DNA from: Deferrisomatales bacterium
Lineage (GTDB): Bacteria; Desulfobacterota; Deferrisomatia; Deferrisomatales; JACRMM01
Direction: 5' to 3'
DNA length: 64,000 nucleotides
NCBI GenBank assembly: GCA_033551855.1
Contig: JAWSUI010000005.1
Location: forward strand, 1-64,000
The notes under the pieces are model-generated. The model saw only the letters and a list, made by a program, of their open reading frames with translations. It had not been told where the DNA came from and made no database searches. The translations under genes and the position numbers were made by a program. Shown here piece after piece: positions 44,501 to 53,904 of the stretch; within the stretch, counting starts at the first letter, position 1; each line of letters begins with the position of its first letter.

Positions 44501-44802
44501 ATGTTGACCCCCAGCTCGAACTCCAGGGTGACGGTGGACACCCCCTCGGCGCTGACGCTGCGCATCTCCTTGAGCGCCTCGACGCCGTCGAGCTCGGTCT
44601 CCAGGGGGATGGTGAGCGCGAGCTCCACGTCCTCGGGGTTGGCGCCCTCGAGGAGGGTGGTGACGATGACCACCGGGATCTCCACGTCGGGGAAGTTCTC
44701 CCGGGGCATGCTCCGGTAGGAGAGGGAGCCGAAGAGCGTGATCCCCAAACACAGGACGAGGACCGCCATGAAGTGGCGGATGGCGAAGCGGGTGAGGGTC
44801 AC
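41518..44802 (-). CDS. RND efflux permease (AcrB/AcrD/AcrF family)
   Basis: GMLVDNAIVIVENI, AGVVVNNAI, RLRPVLLTA.TT, two large periplasmic loops. Confidence 0.93.
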   Translation of the reverse strand: MTLTRFAIRHFMAVLVLCLGITLFGSLSYRSMPRENFPDVEIPVVIVTTLLEGANPEDVELALTIPLETELDGVEALKEMRSVSAEGVSTVTLEFELGVNIEIALGRVRDAVDKAKADLPSEADEPIVKEFSLAGDVPVLVLNLVAPGHVARSELKDLAEEIENELTRIPGVLDVKIRGGRERQVLVEIDPERLRHYRLTLAQVQGVLTGTNRNVSAGVAEATTSRIVMRLPGEFRTPAEIFRLVVGRSPGGTSIHLRDVAMVRQSFEDETSRARFYDFTGPDGERPRDEHVEPRHSVSIEIMKKSGENILDMAEAVREVLTHYPLPADVQVVTGLDMSKDVRMMLSDLENGIGTALLLVLLVIFVGLGARTAVLVAWAIPFSMLLSVLTLQVLGLTLNMIVLYSLILALGMLVDNAIVIVENIYRHLCMGASRARAALDGTSEVAWPVIASTATTVGAFSPLLFWPGIMGEFMGFLPKTVIIVLTSSLFVALVINPTLAALFLKRPAGAEAAIDPESRRPTYPLAVWYGRALEFLLDRPGWTLSTAFAVLALVFTLYGVFGRGTEFFPTLEPNFVVGSIKSPDGVSLEESDRLSRTLEDRLFGRPGSGYDRPVANLKHATVSVGLEEGQGGFGEEGLGPIKTRIEFVDREYRTESTNLTLAEIRNRVEGLDRDGRTVTHPLYGAEFDVVRPQEGPPTGKAVSIDVFGHDLNRMTEVIRDMKALMEQTEGVAKPTDDAATAQPTLRWTVDWDRAGMVGLHQAAVGAALQMAVGGLRTGTLGHGDDEQDILVRLPERYRLDTRRLENVTIPTELGGAVPIASVAWAELVPGPVTIRHLDRGRVLNAGAEVQPWVRADADVRAAFQEKVRAYAFPPGMTYRFGGAAEEEQESTEFLQQAFLIALFLIAMVLVIQFNSLLVPGIILCSVILSLIGVFTGLLVFRMPFGIIMSGIGVISLAGVVVNNAIVLLDAIRQLQAQGKSAREAVVTAGMIRLRPVLLTAITTILGLLPMALKLNIDFWNFTYQYNTESSQWWQSMAVAIIFGLALSTVLTLGVVPTLYLSYAGIRRWVFRKLGWEGLDEELDALGLRKEMAAS

Positions 44803-46328
44803 GGGGTCGCGCCCCCTGTCGCGGCCGGGCCGCCCCCTCCCTCCCCGGCACCCCCGGTGAAGACGCCGTCCTCCAGCACCACGTTCACCTCGGTGCCCGA
44901 GACGAGCCCCTTCCAGCCCGAGACGACGAGGCTCTCTCCCCCGGCGAGCCCCTCGAGCACCTGGACCCGGTCCTCCTGGATGGACCCGGGCACGATGTCG
45001 CGCGCGTCGGCGTACGCCCTCCCCTCGTCACGCCGCAGCACGAAGACCCGGGGGCCGGCGTCGGTGACCTGCACGGCCCCCAGGGGGACCACCACGGCGT
45101 CGGGAAAGGCGAGGTAGTCGATCTCCGCCCGGACGATCATGCCGTGGCGCAGCGCCCGCCCGGGGTTCGGCACACGGAGCTCCACGGCAAACGTGTTGCT
45201 CTCGGCGTCCGAAGCCTGGGCGATCCGGACGAGCTCCGCCGGCACCTCGAAGCCCCTCCCTTCCCCCCCGGTGAGCTGGGGGAGCCCCGGCACCACCACC
45301 CGGGCGCGCACCTCCCGGAGCGCTCCCGGCCGGGTGCGGCGCACGAACTCCTCGGCCGCCGGGTTCCAGGTGTCGAGGAAGGACACGAACCGGTCCGGCA
45401 CGTGGACCACGGCCCGCAGGCGGTCGAGGTCGTAGAGGAGGGCCAGGGGCCTCGCCGACTCCACCGTCTCCCCCGGCTCGGCCAAATGCTTCTCGAGCAT
45501 CCCCGGGATCGGCGCCAGGAGCCGGGTCTTGGACCGCTGCACTTCGAGGCTCGCCACGGCCGCGTCGAGCTCCTCCACCCCCGACCGGGCCAGCGCGAGC
45601 CGTGCCTCCGCCTCGGCCAGCCCCACCTGGGCCGCCCGGATCCCGAGCCGTGCCGCCGCCAGGGCCTCGCGCGCCTGCTCCGCCCCCACCTCGGCCTGGG
45701 TCAGAGCGTTGCGAGCCACGTCGAGGCGGGCTCGGTCGAGCACCTGTTGGGCCACCAGGCTCTCCGCCCGGGCGTGCTCGGTGCGGACGAGCTCCAGGTT
45801 CGCCAGCGCCCCCCGCAGGGCGAGCTCGCGCACCTCCGCCTCCTTCCCCGCGTGCTCCACCGCGACACTGGCGGCTTCCAGGCCCACCCGGGCGTGCTCC
45901 ACGGTGCTCTCCGCCGACGCCCGGCGCGCCCGAAGCTCGGCCAGCGCCGCATCGAGGGCTTCCGTGTCGAGCTCGGCCACCAGCTGCCCCGCGGCCGCCT
46001 CCCCTCCCTCGGGGACGTGCCAGCGGGCAAGCCGGCCGGCGAACTCCGGGCTGACGGCGGCGACCCGGTCGGCTTCCAGACGGGCCGCGAGGATCAGGGC
46101 CTCCCGGTACAGGGCAGGCACCACCGTGCGGACCTCGACGTTGGCGAGCCGCCTCGCCACGTGCGGCGGGGCCGGGGTCTCCCGGGTGACTCCGTACACA
46201 ACGACGCCGACCGTCAGGACGGCGATCGCCAGGGTCACAACCCACGGGCGGAGCCTGCGGAAGCGATCCGCAGCGGGCGACGACGCCGGAGGCGCCGGCT
46301 CGATGGGGGGCGAAGGGTCTTGGGTCAT
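44799..46328 (-). CDS. RND periplasmic adaptor (MFP) with long alpha-hairpin
   Basis: N-terminal TM, lipoyl halves, long Ala/Glu/Leu coiled coil, LLAPIPG, GL..GE.LVV.G. Confidence 0.85.
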   Translation of the reverse strand: MTQDPSPPIEPAPPASSPAADRFRRLRPWVVTLAIAVLTVGVVVYGVTRETPAPPHVARRLANVEVRTVVPALYREALILAARLEADRVAAVSPEFAGRLARWHVPEGGEAAAGQLVAELDTEALDAALAELRARRASAESTVEHARVGLEAASVAVEHAGKEAEVRELALRGALANLELVRTEHARAESLVAQQVLDRARLDVARNALTQAEVGAEQAREALAAARLGIRAAQVGLAEAEARLALARSGVEELDAAVASLEVQRSKTRLLAPIPGMLEKHLAEPGETVESARPLALLYDLDRLRAVVHVPDRFVSFLDTWNPAAEEFVRRTRPGALREVRARVVVPGLPQLTGGEGRGFEVPAELVRIAQASDAESNTFAVELRVPNPGRALRHGMIVRAEIDYLAFPDAVVVPLGAVQVTDAGPRVFVLRRDEGRAYADARDIVPGSIQEDRVQVLEGLAGGESLVVSGWKGLVSGTEVNVVLEDGVFTGGAGEGGGGPAATGGATP

Positions 46329-46470
46329 GGCGAGCCTGGGGGGGGCGGAGCGGGACGGCCCCGGGGCCGGACCCCGGGACCCGTGAAGAAGAACACAAGG
46401 GTGCAGCCTACCCCAGGGGTAGAGACCCCCGCAAGGTCGGCCCCGCGAACAGGAACGAACATCTCTCGCT

Positions 46471-46533
46471 ATCGGGATCGAGGTCGGGATCGCCATCGGA
46501 ATCGGCATCTCGATTTCGATGGCGATCCCGATG
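46471..46533. repeat. ATCGGR hexamer-array repeat
   Basis: atcggg-atcgag-gtcggg-atcgcc-atcgga-atcggc-atctcg-atttcg. Confidence 0.6.
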
Positions 46534-46544
46534 CGGGGAGGGGC

Positions 46545-48311
46545 CTACGCCTCTCCGCTCTGCACCGCCCAGAGCCCCGAGTACACGCCCTTGGCGGCGA
46601 GGAGCGCGTCGTGGGTGCCCCGCTCCACCACGACCCCGTCCACCAAGACCAGGATCTCGTCGCTGTGCCGGACGGTGGAGAGGCGATGGGCCACCGCCAG
46701 GGTCATCCGCCCCTCCCGGAACTGGTGGAGGTTTCGCTGGATCACCTCCTCGGTTCGGGTGTCCACCGCCGACGTCGCCTCGTCGAGCACCAGGATCGGG
46801 GGATCCCGGAGCACCGCCCGGGCCAGGGAGATCCTCTGGCGCTGCCCGCCGGAGAGCTTCACGCCCCGCTCCCCCACCCGGGTCTCGTACCCTTCGGGCA
46901 GGAGGTGGATGAACTCATCCGCCCCGGCGATCCTCGCCGCCTCCCGCAGGTCGGCGTCGGACGCAGCGGGAGAGCCCAGGCGAATGTTCTCGGCCACGGT
47001 CCCCGAGAAGAGGAACGCCTCCTGCGAGACGTACCCCACGTGTCGGCGCAGGCTCTCGAGCGTGACTCCGCCGAGGGGCCGTCCGTCCACCGCGATCTCG
47101 CCCTCCTGGGGCTCGTAGTAGCGCAGGAGCAGCTTGACCAGGGTGCTCTTCCCGGCGCCGGTGGGGCCCACCACCCCCAGGACCTTCCCCCTCTTTAGCA
47201 GGAAGTCTACCCCGTTGAGCACCGGGGGCCTGCCGGGGTAGGCGAACCGCACGCCGCGGAACTCCAGGGACCGCGGGGGAGCGCCGAGGGCCTGGGCGTC
47301 CGGCCGGTCCGCGATCTTTGGGGTCGTCCCCAGGAGCTCGGCGATGCGCCGGGCCGAGGCCTCCGAACGCTGGAACTGGTTGATGAGCATGCCGAAGACG
47401 AACAGCGGCAGCACCAGCCGCATGGCAAAGAGGACGAAGGTGGTGTAGTCGCCCACGGTGGGCCCGTGCCCGGCGAAGGTGAGCCACCCCCCGGCGCCGA
47501 TGAGGGACGCAAAGGCGCACCCCGCGATGGCGTAGATGACCGGGATGAACTTGGCCCGCTCCCGCGCCGCCTGCATCGCGGCGTCCCGGTACTCGGCGGA
47601 CCGCTCCACGACCCGGGCGGCCTGCTGGGCCTCGGCCGTGTAGGCCTGGATCACGCCCATGCCCTGCAGGTTCGTCTCGAGGATGCTGTTGATGGCTCCC
47701 ACCGCCTGCCGGGAGCGGCGGTACTGGGGCTGGACGCGCGTGGCGAAGAAACGCACCGCCACCACGGCGAAAGGCAGCGGGGCGAAGAGCAGCAGGGCGA
47801 GGCGCCAGTCCAGCCAGAGGAGGAACCCGTAGGTGCCGAGGAAGGTCACCGCGATGCGAACGACGCTGGTGGTGGCGTCGGAGAAGAAGTTCTCCAGGTT
47901 GTCCACGTCGTTGGACAGCACCGCCATGACGTCGCCGGTCTGGCGCTCCTCGAAGAAGGAGAGCTCCAACCGCTGGAGGTGCTCGTAGAGGCGCACCCGA
48001 AGGTCGTGGCGCACCTTCTGGGCAAGGGTGTCCCACGCGTAGTCGCTGGAGCTCTGGAACAGGGCGAGCCCGGCGAAGGTGCCGAGCACGGTCAGGCCGT
48101 AGAGCGCAAAGGTTCCCGACCCGCCCTCCCCTCGCACCGCGGCGTCCACGACCCGGCCGACCACCACCATGGGCAGCAGGTCGAAGAACCGCGCCAGCAC
48201 GTTGGTGGCCAGGCCGACGGCGACCCGCCGGCGATAAGGGCGGACGAAGGGGAGCAGCCCCCAGAGGTGGCGTCCCAAGACCGGTGCGGGGGAGGGCTTG
48301 CCGACAGTCAC
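46545..48311 (-). CDS. ABC exporter, fused TMD-NBD
   Basis: GPTGAGKS, LSGGQRQR, LVLDEATS, AHRLS; start uncertain. Confidence 0.92.
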   Translation of the reverse strand: MTVGKPSPAPVLGRHLWGLLPFVRPYRRRVAVGLATNVLARFFDLLPMVVVGRVVDAAVRGEGGSGTFALYGLTVLGTFAGLALFQSSSDYAWDTLAQKVRHDLRVRLYEHLQRLELSFFEERQTGDVMAVLSNDVDNLENFFSDATTSVVRIAVTFLGTYGFLLWLDWRLALLLFAPLPFAVVAVRFFATRVQPQYRRSRQAVGAINSILETNLQGMGVIQAYTAEAQQAARVVERSAEYRDAAMQAARERAKFIPVIYAIAGCAFASLIGAGGWLTFAGHGPTVGDYTTFVLFAMRLVLPLFVFGMLINQFQRSEASARRIAELLGTTPKIADRPDAQALGAPPRSLEFRGVRFAYPGRPPVLNGVDFLLKRGKVLGVVGPTGAGKSTLVKLLLRYYEPQEGEIAVDGRPLGGVTLESLRRHVGYVSQEAFLFSGTVAENIRLGSPAASDADLREAARIAGADEFIHLLPEGYETRVGERGVKLSGGQRQRISLARAVLRDPPILVLDEATSAVDTRTEEVIQRNLHQFREGRMTLAVAHRLSTVRHSDEILVLVDGVVVERGTHDALLAAKGVYSGLWAVQSGEA

Positions 48312-48820
48312 GGGGGCCTCGCCCCCCCGACCCGAGAAGGACGGGTGGCGGGACCCGGCGGGCCCAGAGGGGGCACCTCGTCCCACCGGGGACCCGGTTG
48401 CCTCGGACGCAGAAGGCTCTTCTCTCACCGACTTTTCACCTCGAGCTCATCGCCGTTTCATCTGGACGGTGTATGCTTCCGCTCGTACCGCGAGGCGGAA
48501 CCCGGGGAGCGTGGCACTCCCCGGATCCGACGAGCGGCACGCTTCCTCCTCCCCTCCTCCTGGGAAACGGGGCCGCCGATGCGGCCCCGTTTCCTTTTTA
48601 GGTTCTTCCGGTAACGATCGGGTGGGCCCGCCCACTCCGGCAGACGATGCCGGGCTGCACGGCGGGAGCGCGCTCCCGCGCCGCATCCGGAATCCTCGCG
48701 ATATCGCGGCTCCCGAAGCAGTTGCTCCCGTCGAGCGGCCGTCTGCCTACGTGGTCGGGCCCACCCGATCGTCCCTGGACACGAGCACCCGGTCATTTCC
48801 CGGATGATCCCCTTCTGGGG

Positions 48821-49423
48821 TCAGAGGAGACCGCTCGGCCCCTGCCGTGCCGGCCGCGCCTTGAGCTTCCGGCCGAAGCGCCGGCGGAGCTTCGCCACCT
48901 TGGGGGCGATCACCACACGGCAGTAGCCCTGGCCCGGGTTGCGGCGGTAGTACTGCCTGTGCTCGGCCTCCGCCGGGTAGAAGGCGTCGAAGGGTACGAC
49001 CTGGGTGACGAACCGAGCCCCCCACAGACCCTCTGCCTCGAGCTGCCCGATGACCTCCTCGGCCGTCGATCTCTGGGCCTCCGAGTGGTAGAAGACCGCG
49101 GAGCGGTACTGGCTGCCCACGTCCGCCCCCTGGCGGTCGGGCGTGGTCGGGTCGTGTACGGCGAAGAAGACCTCGAGGAGCTCGCGAAACGAGAGGATGG
49201 CGGGGTCGAAGACCACCTGCACGGCCTCGGCGTGCCCCGTGGCACCGGTACACACCTGGCGGTAGGTCGGACGAGGCACGGCGCCCCCCGCGTACCCGGG
49301 CACCACCTCCTCCACGCCGGCCAGCTCCTCGAAGAGCGGTTCGAGGCACCAGAAGCACCCTCCGGCCAGGGTGGCCGTCTCCCGCCGTGCCGTTCCCCCC
49401 TCGCCGCCCCTTGCCATCGTCAC
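48821..49423 (-). CDS. msrA: Peptide methionine sulfoxide reductase A
   Basis: AGGCFWC, TGHAE, RQGADVGSQYRS, AEAEH. Confidence 0.95.
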   Translation of the reverse strand: MTMARGGEGGTARRETATLAGGCFWCLEPLFEELAGVEEVVPGYAGGAVPRPTYRQVCTGATGHAEAVQVVFDPAILSFRELLEVFFAVHDPTTPDRQGADVGSQYRSAVFYHSEAQRSTAEEVIGQLEAEGLWGARFVTQVVPFDAFYPAEAEHRQYYRRNPGQGYCRVVIAPKVAKLRRRFGRKLKARPARQGPSGLL

Positions 49424-49614
49424 CGTCCCATCCCCTTTCTATCCCGCAAGCGCCCGCACACACGGCCGTGTCGCGCGGGGCCGTTGACCGGCGCGCGGGG
49501 CCATGCTATCCAGATCCCACCGTGACCCTGGAACCCAGCCCCCTCGACCCCTCTGCCGCCGTCCCCGGCGGCGGGAGCGCGCCCGCCCGCGAGACAGGCG
49601 TCCGCCCGCAGCGG

Positions 49615-50340
49615 ATGTCCTTCTATCCCACCCTCCCGGTGCCTCTCGGCCTCGAGGTCTCCGCCACCCCGCCCCACGAGTGCCCGTACCTGCCGGGCCG
49701 ATCCGCCGTGAGCCGGGGCTTCCGGTGCGACGCCGTGCCCGGGTGGGCGTACCAGGAGCTGATGGACGCCGGCTTTCGCCGCTCGGGCCGGGTCTTCTAC
49801 CAGATGGCGTGCCCGGGCTGCCGGAACTGTGTACCGCTCCGGGTTCCGGTGGCGGGATTTCGCCCCGGCAAGAGCCAGCGCAGGGTCTGGCGCCGCAACG
49901 GCAACCTGGAGATCAGCCTGGGCCCTCCGGAGCTCACGGGGGAGAAGGCCGACCTCTTCCGGCGCTACCTCGCCGCCCGCCACGACGGCCGGATGGCCGG
50001 TGACCCCCGGGAGCTGGAGGGCTTCCTGTACCGCTCGCCCACGGACACCCTTGAGACCTGCTACCGGACCCCCGAGGGCCGGTTGGTGGGGGTGGGCATC
50101 TGCGACCGGACCCCCACGGCCCTGAGCACGGTCTACTTCTACTTCGAGCCCGACTGCTCCCCGCGGGGACTCGGCATCTTCAGCAGCCTGGCGGAGATCC
50201 GGCTCGCCGAGGCCCTCGGCCTGACCCACTACTACTTCGGCTACTGGATCGAGGGTTGTCCCAGGATGGCGTACAAGGCGGGTTTCCGGCCCTGTGAGCT
50301 CCTGGGCACCGACGGCCTGTGGCGACCCTTCGGGGTTTGA
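49615..50340 (+). CDS. Arginyl/leucyl-tRNA-protein transferase (ATE/Bpt family)
   Basis: HECPYLPG, GFRRSG, C..C..C.PLR, YFGYWI..C..M.YK; alternative GTG start at 49522. Confidence 0.9.
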   Translation: MSFYPTLPVPLGLEVSATPPHECPYLPGRSAVSRGFRCDAVPGWAYQELMDAGFRRSGRVFYQMACPGCRNCVPLRVPVAGFRPGKSQRRVWRRNGNLEISLGPPELTGEKADLFRRYLAARHDGRMAGDPRELEGFLYRSPTDTLETCYRTPEGRLVGVGICDRTPTALSTVYFYFEPDCSPRGLGIFSSLAEIRLAEALGLTHYYFGYWIEGCPRMAYKAGFRPCELLGTDGLWRPFGV

Positions 50341-50360
50341 GCCCCTCGCGTCCCACCCCT

Positions 50361-50512
50361 GTGGGAGCGCCTCCCGGGCGTGAACCGAGCCGCAGGCCCG
50401 CCCGATCACAGACCCGTCTCGGGCAGGAGCCCGCTCCCACAGAGGCAAGCATCGCGCGTCCCCGCAGGCCCGCCAAGGCACAGACCCGTCGCGGGCGGGA
50501 GCCCGCTCCCAC
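50361..50512. repeat. REP cluster (one forward and two reverse GTGGGAGCG copies)
   Basis: GTGGGAGCGCCTCCCGGGCGTGA at 50361; reverse copies at 50417-50440 and 50489-50512. Confidence 0.75.
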
Positions 50513-50536
50513 GGGCAGCGGCAGCCGCCCGGCGCC

Positions 50537-50959
50537 CTATCGCCCGGCGCCGTCCTCGCGAAACCCCAGCACCACGAGGACGCAGCTCCCGTCGGCGATG
50601 ACGTTCACCCCGGCCTCCTCGCACCGTGCCACCGCCGCCGGGCTCTCGGCCCCGGGCTGCATCCAGACGTTGCGGATGCCTCGGGCGATGGCCTCCTCCA
50701 CCACCCGCTCCGTGACCGCCGGCGGAGTGATGACCGAGATGCTCGAGACCTCGTCCGGGAGGTCTGCGACCCCTGCCGCGCAGGGGAGGCCTTCGACCGC
50801 TGCCTCCTTCGGGTTCACCGGGACGACCCGGCGCCCGTTCTGGACGTAGCAGCGCAAGACCTTGTTGCCGTACTTGGACCGGTCCGCCGAGGCCCCCACC
50901 ACGCCGAAGGCCGGGGCGACGAGGAACTGGCGGATGCGCTCTTCGATGGCGGTGCTCAT
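50537..50959 (-). CDS. CoA-binding protein (YccU-like)
   Basis: VVGAS.DRSKYG, VPVNP, VWMQPG. Confidence 0.9.
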   Translation of the reverse strand: MSTAIEERIRQFLVAPAFGVVGASADRSKYGNKVLRCYVQNGRRVVPVNPKEAAVEGLPCAAGVADLPDEVSSISVITPPAVTERVVEEAIARGIRNVWMQPGAESPAAVARCEEAGVNVIADGSCVLVVLGFREDGAGR

Positions 50960-51927
50960 GGACCCTCCAGTGCAGCGCTGGTCGCGGGCAGGGCGAAGAG
51001 CTCCTCGGCGTTCCGGCCCAGGAGCCGCTCCAGGTGCCCGTCGGTGAGACCCGCCGCCTGGATCCGGCGCAACTCCCGGTCCCAGGCGTAGGGCAAGTGA
51101 CAAAAATCGGTCCCGTACAGGACCCGGTCCTCCCGGAACCGGGTCAGGGGAGGCGGCCGCAATCCCGGGAAGTATCCGGAGAGCATCATCGTCGTGTCGA
51201 GCCACAGATTGTCCCACCGGCAGCAAAGGGCGGCGTAGGCGTCGAACTCGTCCGCCCCCAGGTGCGGCACGCACAGGCGCAGCCGGGGGAAGTCCCGCAG
51301 GAGCCGCGCCACCTTGTCGACCGCGCAGTGGGTGTGGGGGTCGCAACGGTAGGCGGGGCTCTTGGGCTCTCGCCCCAGGTGGGCCACAAGGGGCCGGTCG
51401 GCGCCCTCGCACACTGCGCAGACCTCCCGCAGCCCCGGACCGTCCGGGTCGAAGCACTGGACGTGCTGATGGACCTTGACCCCGCCAAGCCCGAGGCCAA
51501 AGGCCTCCTCCAGGACGTCGGCGGCCCCCTCCTCTCCCGGGAACACGGTGGCGAGGCCGGTCAGGCGCGGGCTGCCCGCACACAGGCCCGCCACGTACCG
51601 GTTGAGCTCCCGTGCCATACCCGGCCGGTGGGCGTAGTGCAGGAGCACCAGGCGCTCGACCCCGCGTCCGAGGAGGAAGGCCACGAGCTCCTCGGACGAC
51701 AGGCGGTACCGCACCGGCCAGCCGTGGACGTCGAACCATCGCCGCACCGCCCCCATGAGCCCATCCGGGAAGACGTGCACGTGGGCGTCGGTCACGGGGG
51801 GGAGGCCCGCCGGCACCCGGGCCCCTTCGGGGTCGTCGAGGGCGGGAAGGCGAGAGGCGAGCGCCCCGGCCCAGTCGGGGGGAGACCCCGGCCCCGAGGG
51901 GAAGCGCGCCCGGTCGGACTCAGCCAC
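50956..51927 (-). CDS. Amidohydrolase_2 family metallohydrolase
   Basis: DAHVH, GVKVH, VPHLG, LYGTDF. Confidence 0.85.
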   Translation of the reverse strand: MAESDRARFPSGPGSPPDWAGALASRLPALDDPEGARVPAGLPPVTDAHVHVFPDGLMGAVRRWFDVHGWPVRYRLSSEELVAFLLGRGVERLVLLHYAHRPGMARELNRYVAGLCAGSPRLTGLATVFPGEEGAADVLEEAFGLGLGGVKVHQHVQCFDPDGPGLREVCAVCEGADRPLVAHLGREPKSPAYRCDPHTHCAVDKVARLLRDFPRLRLCVPHLGADEFDAYAALCCRWDNLWLDTTMMLSGYFPGLRPPPLTRFREDRVLYGTDFCHLPYAWDRELRRIQAAGLTDGHLERLLGRNAEELFALPATSAALEGP

Positions 51928-53719
51928 TCTTGTCCGTGCGCAGCACGGCCACGAAGGCCTCTTGCGGGATCTCCACCGAACCGAACATGCGCATCTTCTT
52001 TTTCCCCTCTTTCTGCTTCTCGAGGAGCTTGCGCTTGCGCGTGATGTCGCCACCGTAGCACTTGGCGGTGACGTCCTTGCGCACGGCCTGGATGTTCGTG
52101 CGGGCGATGATCGACCCGCCGACGGCGCCCTGGATGGGAATCTTGAACTGGTGGCGAGGGATCATCTCGGCAAGCTTCTCGCAGTAGTGGAGGGCCCGAG
52201 GCCGGGCCTTGTCCCGGTGCACCAGGTAGGAGAGCGCATCGACCCTCTCCCCGTTGACCAGGATGTCCACCTTGACGATGTCGCTGGGGCGGTACTCGAG
52301 CTCCTCCCAGTCGTAGGAGCCGTAGCCCCGGGTCACCGTCTTGAGTCGGTCGTGGAAGTCGAAGAGCACCTCGGCCAGGGGCATCTCGCTCACGACCTCG
52401 ACCCGGCCCACCGCCAGGTAATTCACGGTGAGGCTCGCCGCCCGGTACTCGCGGCACAGGTCCATCACCGTGCCCATGTACTTCTCGGGGCACAGGATGG
52501 TGGCCCGGATGAAGGGCTCTTCCACAGACTGGATCTTGACCGGGTCGGGCCAGAAGGTGGGGTTGTCCACCTCCACGAGCTTCCCGTCGGTGAGGGTGAC
52601 CTTGAAGTGCACCGAGGGGGCCGAGAGGATGAGCGACATCCCGAACTCCCGGGTCAGCCGCTCCTGGACCACGTCCAGGTGCAGGAGGCCGAGGAACCCG
52701 CAGCGGAACCCGTAACCCAGCGCGGCCGACGAGTCCTTCTGGTAGACGAGGGCGGCGTCGTTGAGGGAAAACTTCTCCAGGGCTCGGGTGAGGTCCTCGT
52801 ACTCGTCGGTCGACACCGGGTACATCGAGGAGAAGACCACGGGCTTCGCCGGCCGGTACCCGGGGATCGGCTCCGCCGTGGGGCGGGCCGCGTCGGTGAT
52901 CGTGTCGCCGATCTCCACGTCGCGGATCGTCTTGATGCCCGCGATCACGTACCCCACGGCCCCGGCGGAGAGCTCCTCCGTCTTGACCCTCCCCAGGCGC
53001 AGGAGGCCCACCTCCTCGACCTCGTGCTCCTTCTCCGTGTGCATGAAGCGAATCCGCCGGCCCGCGCGCAAGACCCCATCCCGGACCCGGCACTGGAGGA
53101 TGGCCCCCCGGTACGGGTCGTAATAGGCGTCGAAGATCAAAGCCTTGAGGGGGGCCTCGGGATCCCCCGTGGGCGGGGGCAGATGGGCCACCACTCCCTC
53201 GAGCACGTCTTCGACGCCGATGCCCTTCTTGGCCGAGATCGGGATCGCCTCGAAGGGGTCGAGCCCCAGGTCCGCGTCGATCTCCTCCCGGGCCCCTTCC
53301 ACGTCCGCGGCGGGGAGGTCGATCTTGTTGATCACGGGCAGGAGCCGCAGGTCGTACTCCAAAGCCAGGTAGAGGTTGGCCACCGTCTGGGCCTCCACGC
53401 CCTGGGTGGCGTCCACGATGAGAAGCGCCCCCTCGCAGGCCATCAGGGAGCGGCGCACCTCGTGGGAAAAATCCACGTGGCCCGGCGTGTCGATGAGGTT
53501 CAGCACATAGGGACGGCCGTCCCGGGCCGTGTAGCGGAGCGTGATGGTATTGCTCTTGATCGTGATGCCCCGCTCCCGCTCGATGTCCATGCTGTCCAGG
53601 AGCTGGTCCTGGAACTCCCGGTCCGACACCCCCCCGCAGGCCTGGATCAGCCGATCCGCCAGGGTGGACTTGCCGTGGTCGATGTGCGCGATGATGCAGA
53701 AGTTTCGGATCTCGTCCAT
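51920..53719 (-). CDS. lepA: Elongation factor 4
   Basis: AHIDHGKSTLAD, ERERGITIK, DTPGH, KCYGGDITRKRKLL. Confidence 0.97.
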   Translation of the reverse strand: MDEIRNFCIIAHIDHGKSTLADRLIQACGGVSDREFQDQLLDSMDIERERGITIKSNTITLRYTARDGRPYVLNLIDTPGHVDFSHEVRRSLMACEGALLIVDATQGVEAQTVANLYLALEYDLRLLPVINKIDLPAADVEGAREEIDADLGLDPFEAIPISAKKGIGVEDVLEGVVAHLPPPTGDPEAPLKALIFDAYYDPYRGAILQCRVRDGVLRAGRRIRFMHTEKEHEVEEVGLLRLGRVKTEELSAGAVGYVIAGIKTIRDVEIGDTITDAARPTAEPIPGYRPAKPVVFSSMYPVSTDEYEDLTRALEKFSLNDAALVYQKDSSAALGYGFRCGFLGLLHLDVVQERLTREFGMSLILSAPSVHFKVTLTDGKLVEVDNPTFWPDPVKIQSVEEPFIRATILCPEKYMGTVMDLCREYRAASLTVNYLAVGRVEVVSEMPLAEVLFDFHDRLKTVTRGYGSYDWEELEYRPSDIVKVDILVNGERVDALSYLVHRDKARPRALHYCEKLAEMIPRHQFKIPIQGAVGGSIIARTNIQAVRKDVTAKCYGGDITRKRKLLEKQKEGKKKMRMFGSVEIPQEAFVAVLRTDKSG

Positions 53720-53847
53720 GGGTCGCCCGCTGTCTCTCCGCCCCTGCCAAAAGGCGGTAGTCTACCCTGAGTGTAGCGCCCGGGGGAAGGACCGCCGGCG
53801 ACCCGGCCGCCGCCCCCGGCCGTCCGTGCCTCGACGCCGAAACGGAA

Positions 53848-53872
53848 GCAGGGCCCCGAAGGGGCCCTGCTG
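53848..53872 (-). terminator. GC hairpin after nuoN
   Basis: GCAGGGCCCC-gaa-GGGGCCCTGC; weak U-tract. Confidence 0.4.
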
Positions 53873-53904
53873 TCCTCTGCGCTCGCTCCGGCCCCGGGGC
53901 CGGT

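Noticed and set aside
50361..50512. CRISPR array
   Set aside because: Repeats are inverted, few and share spacer sequence; no cas genes
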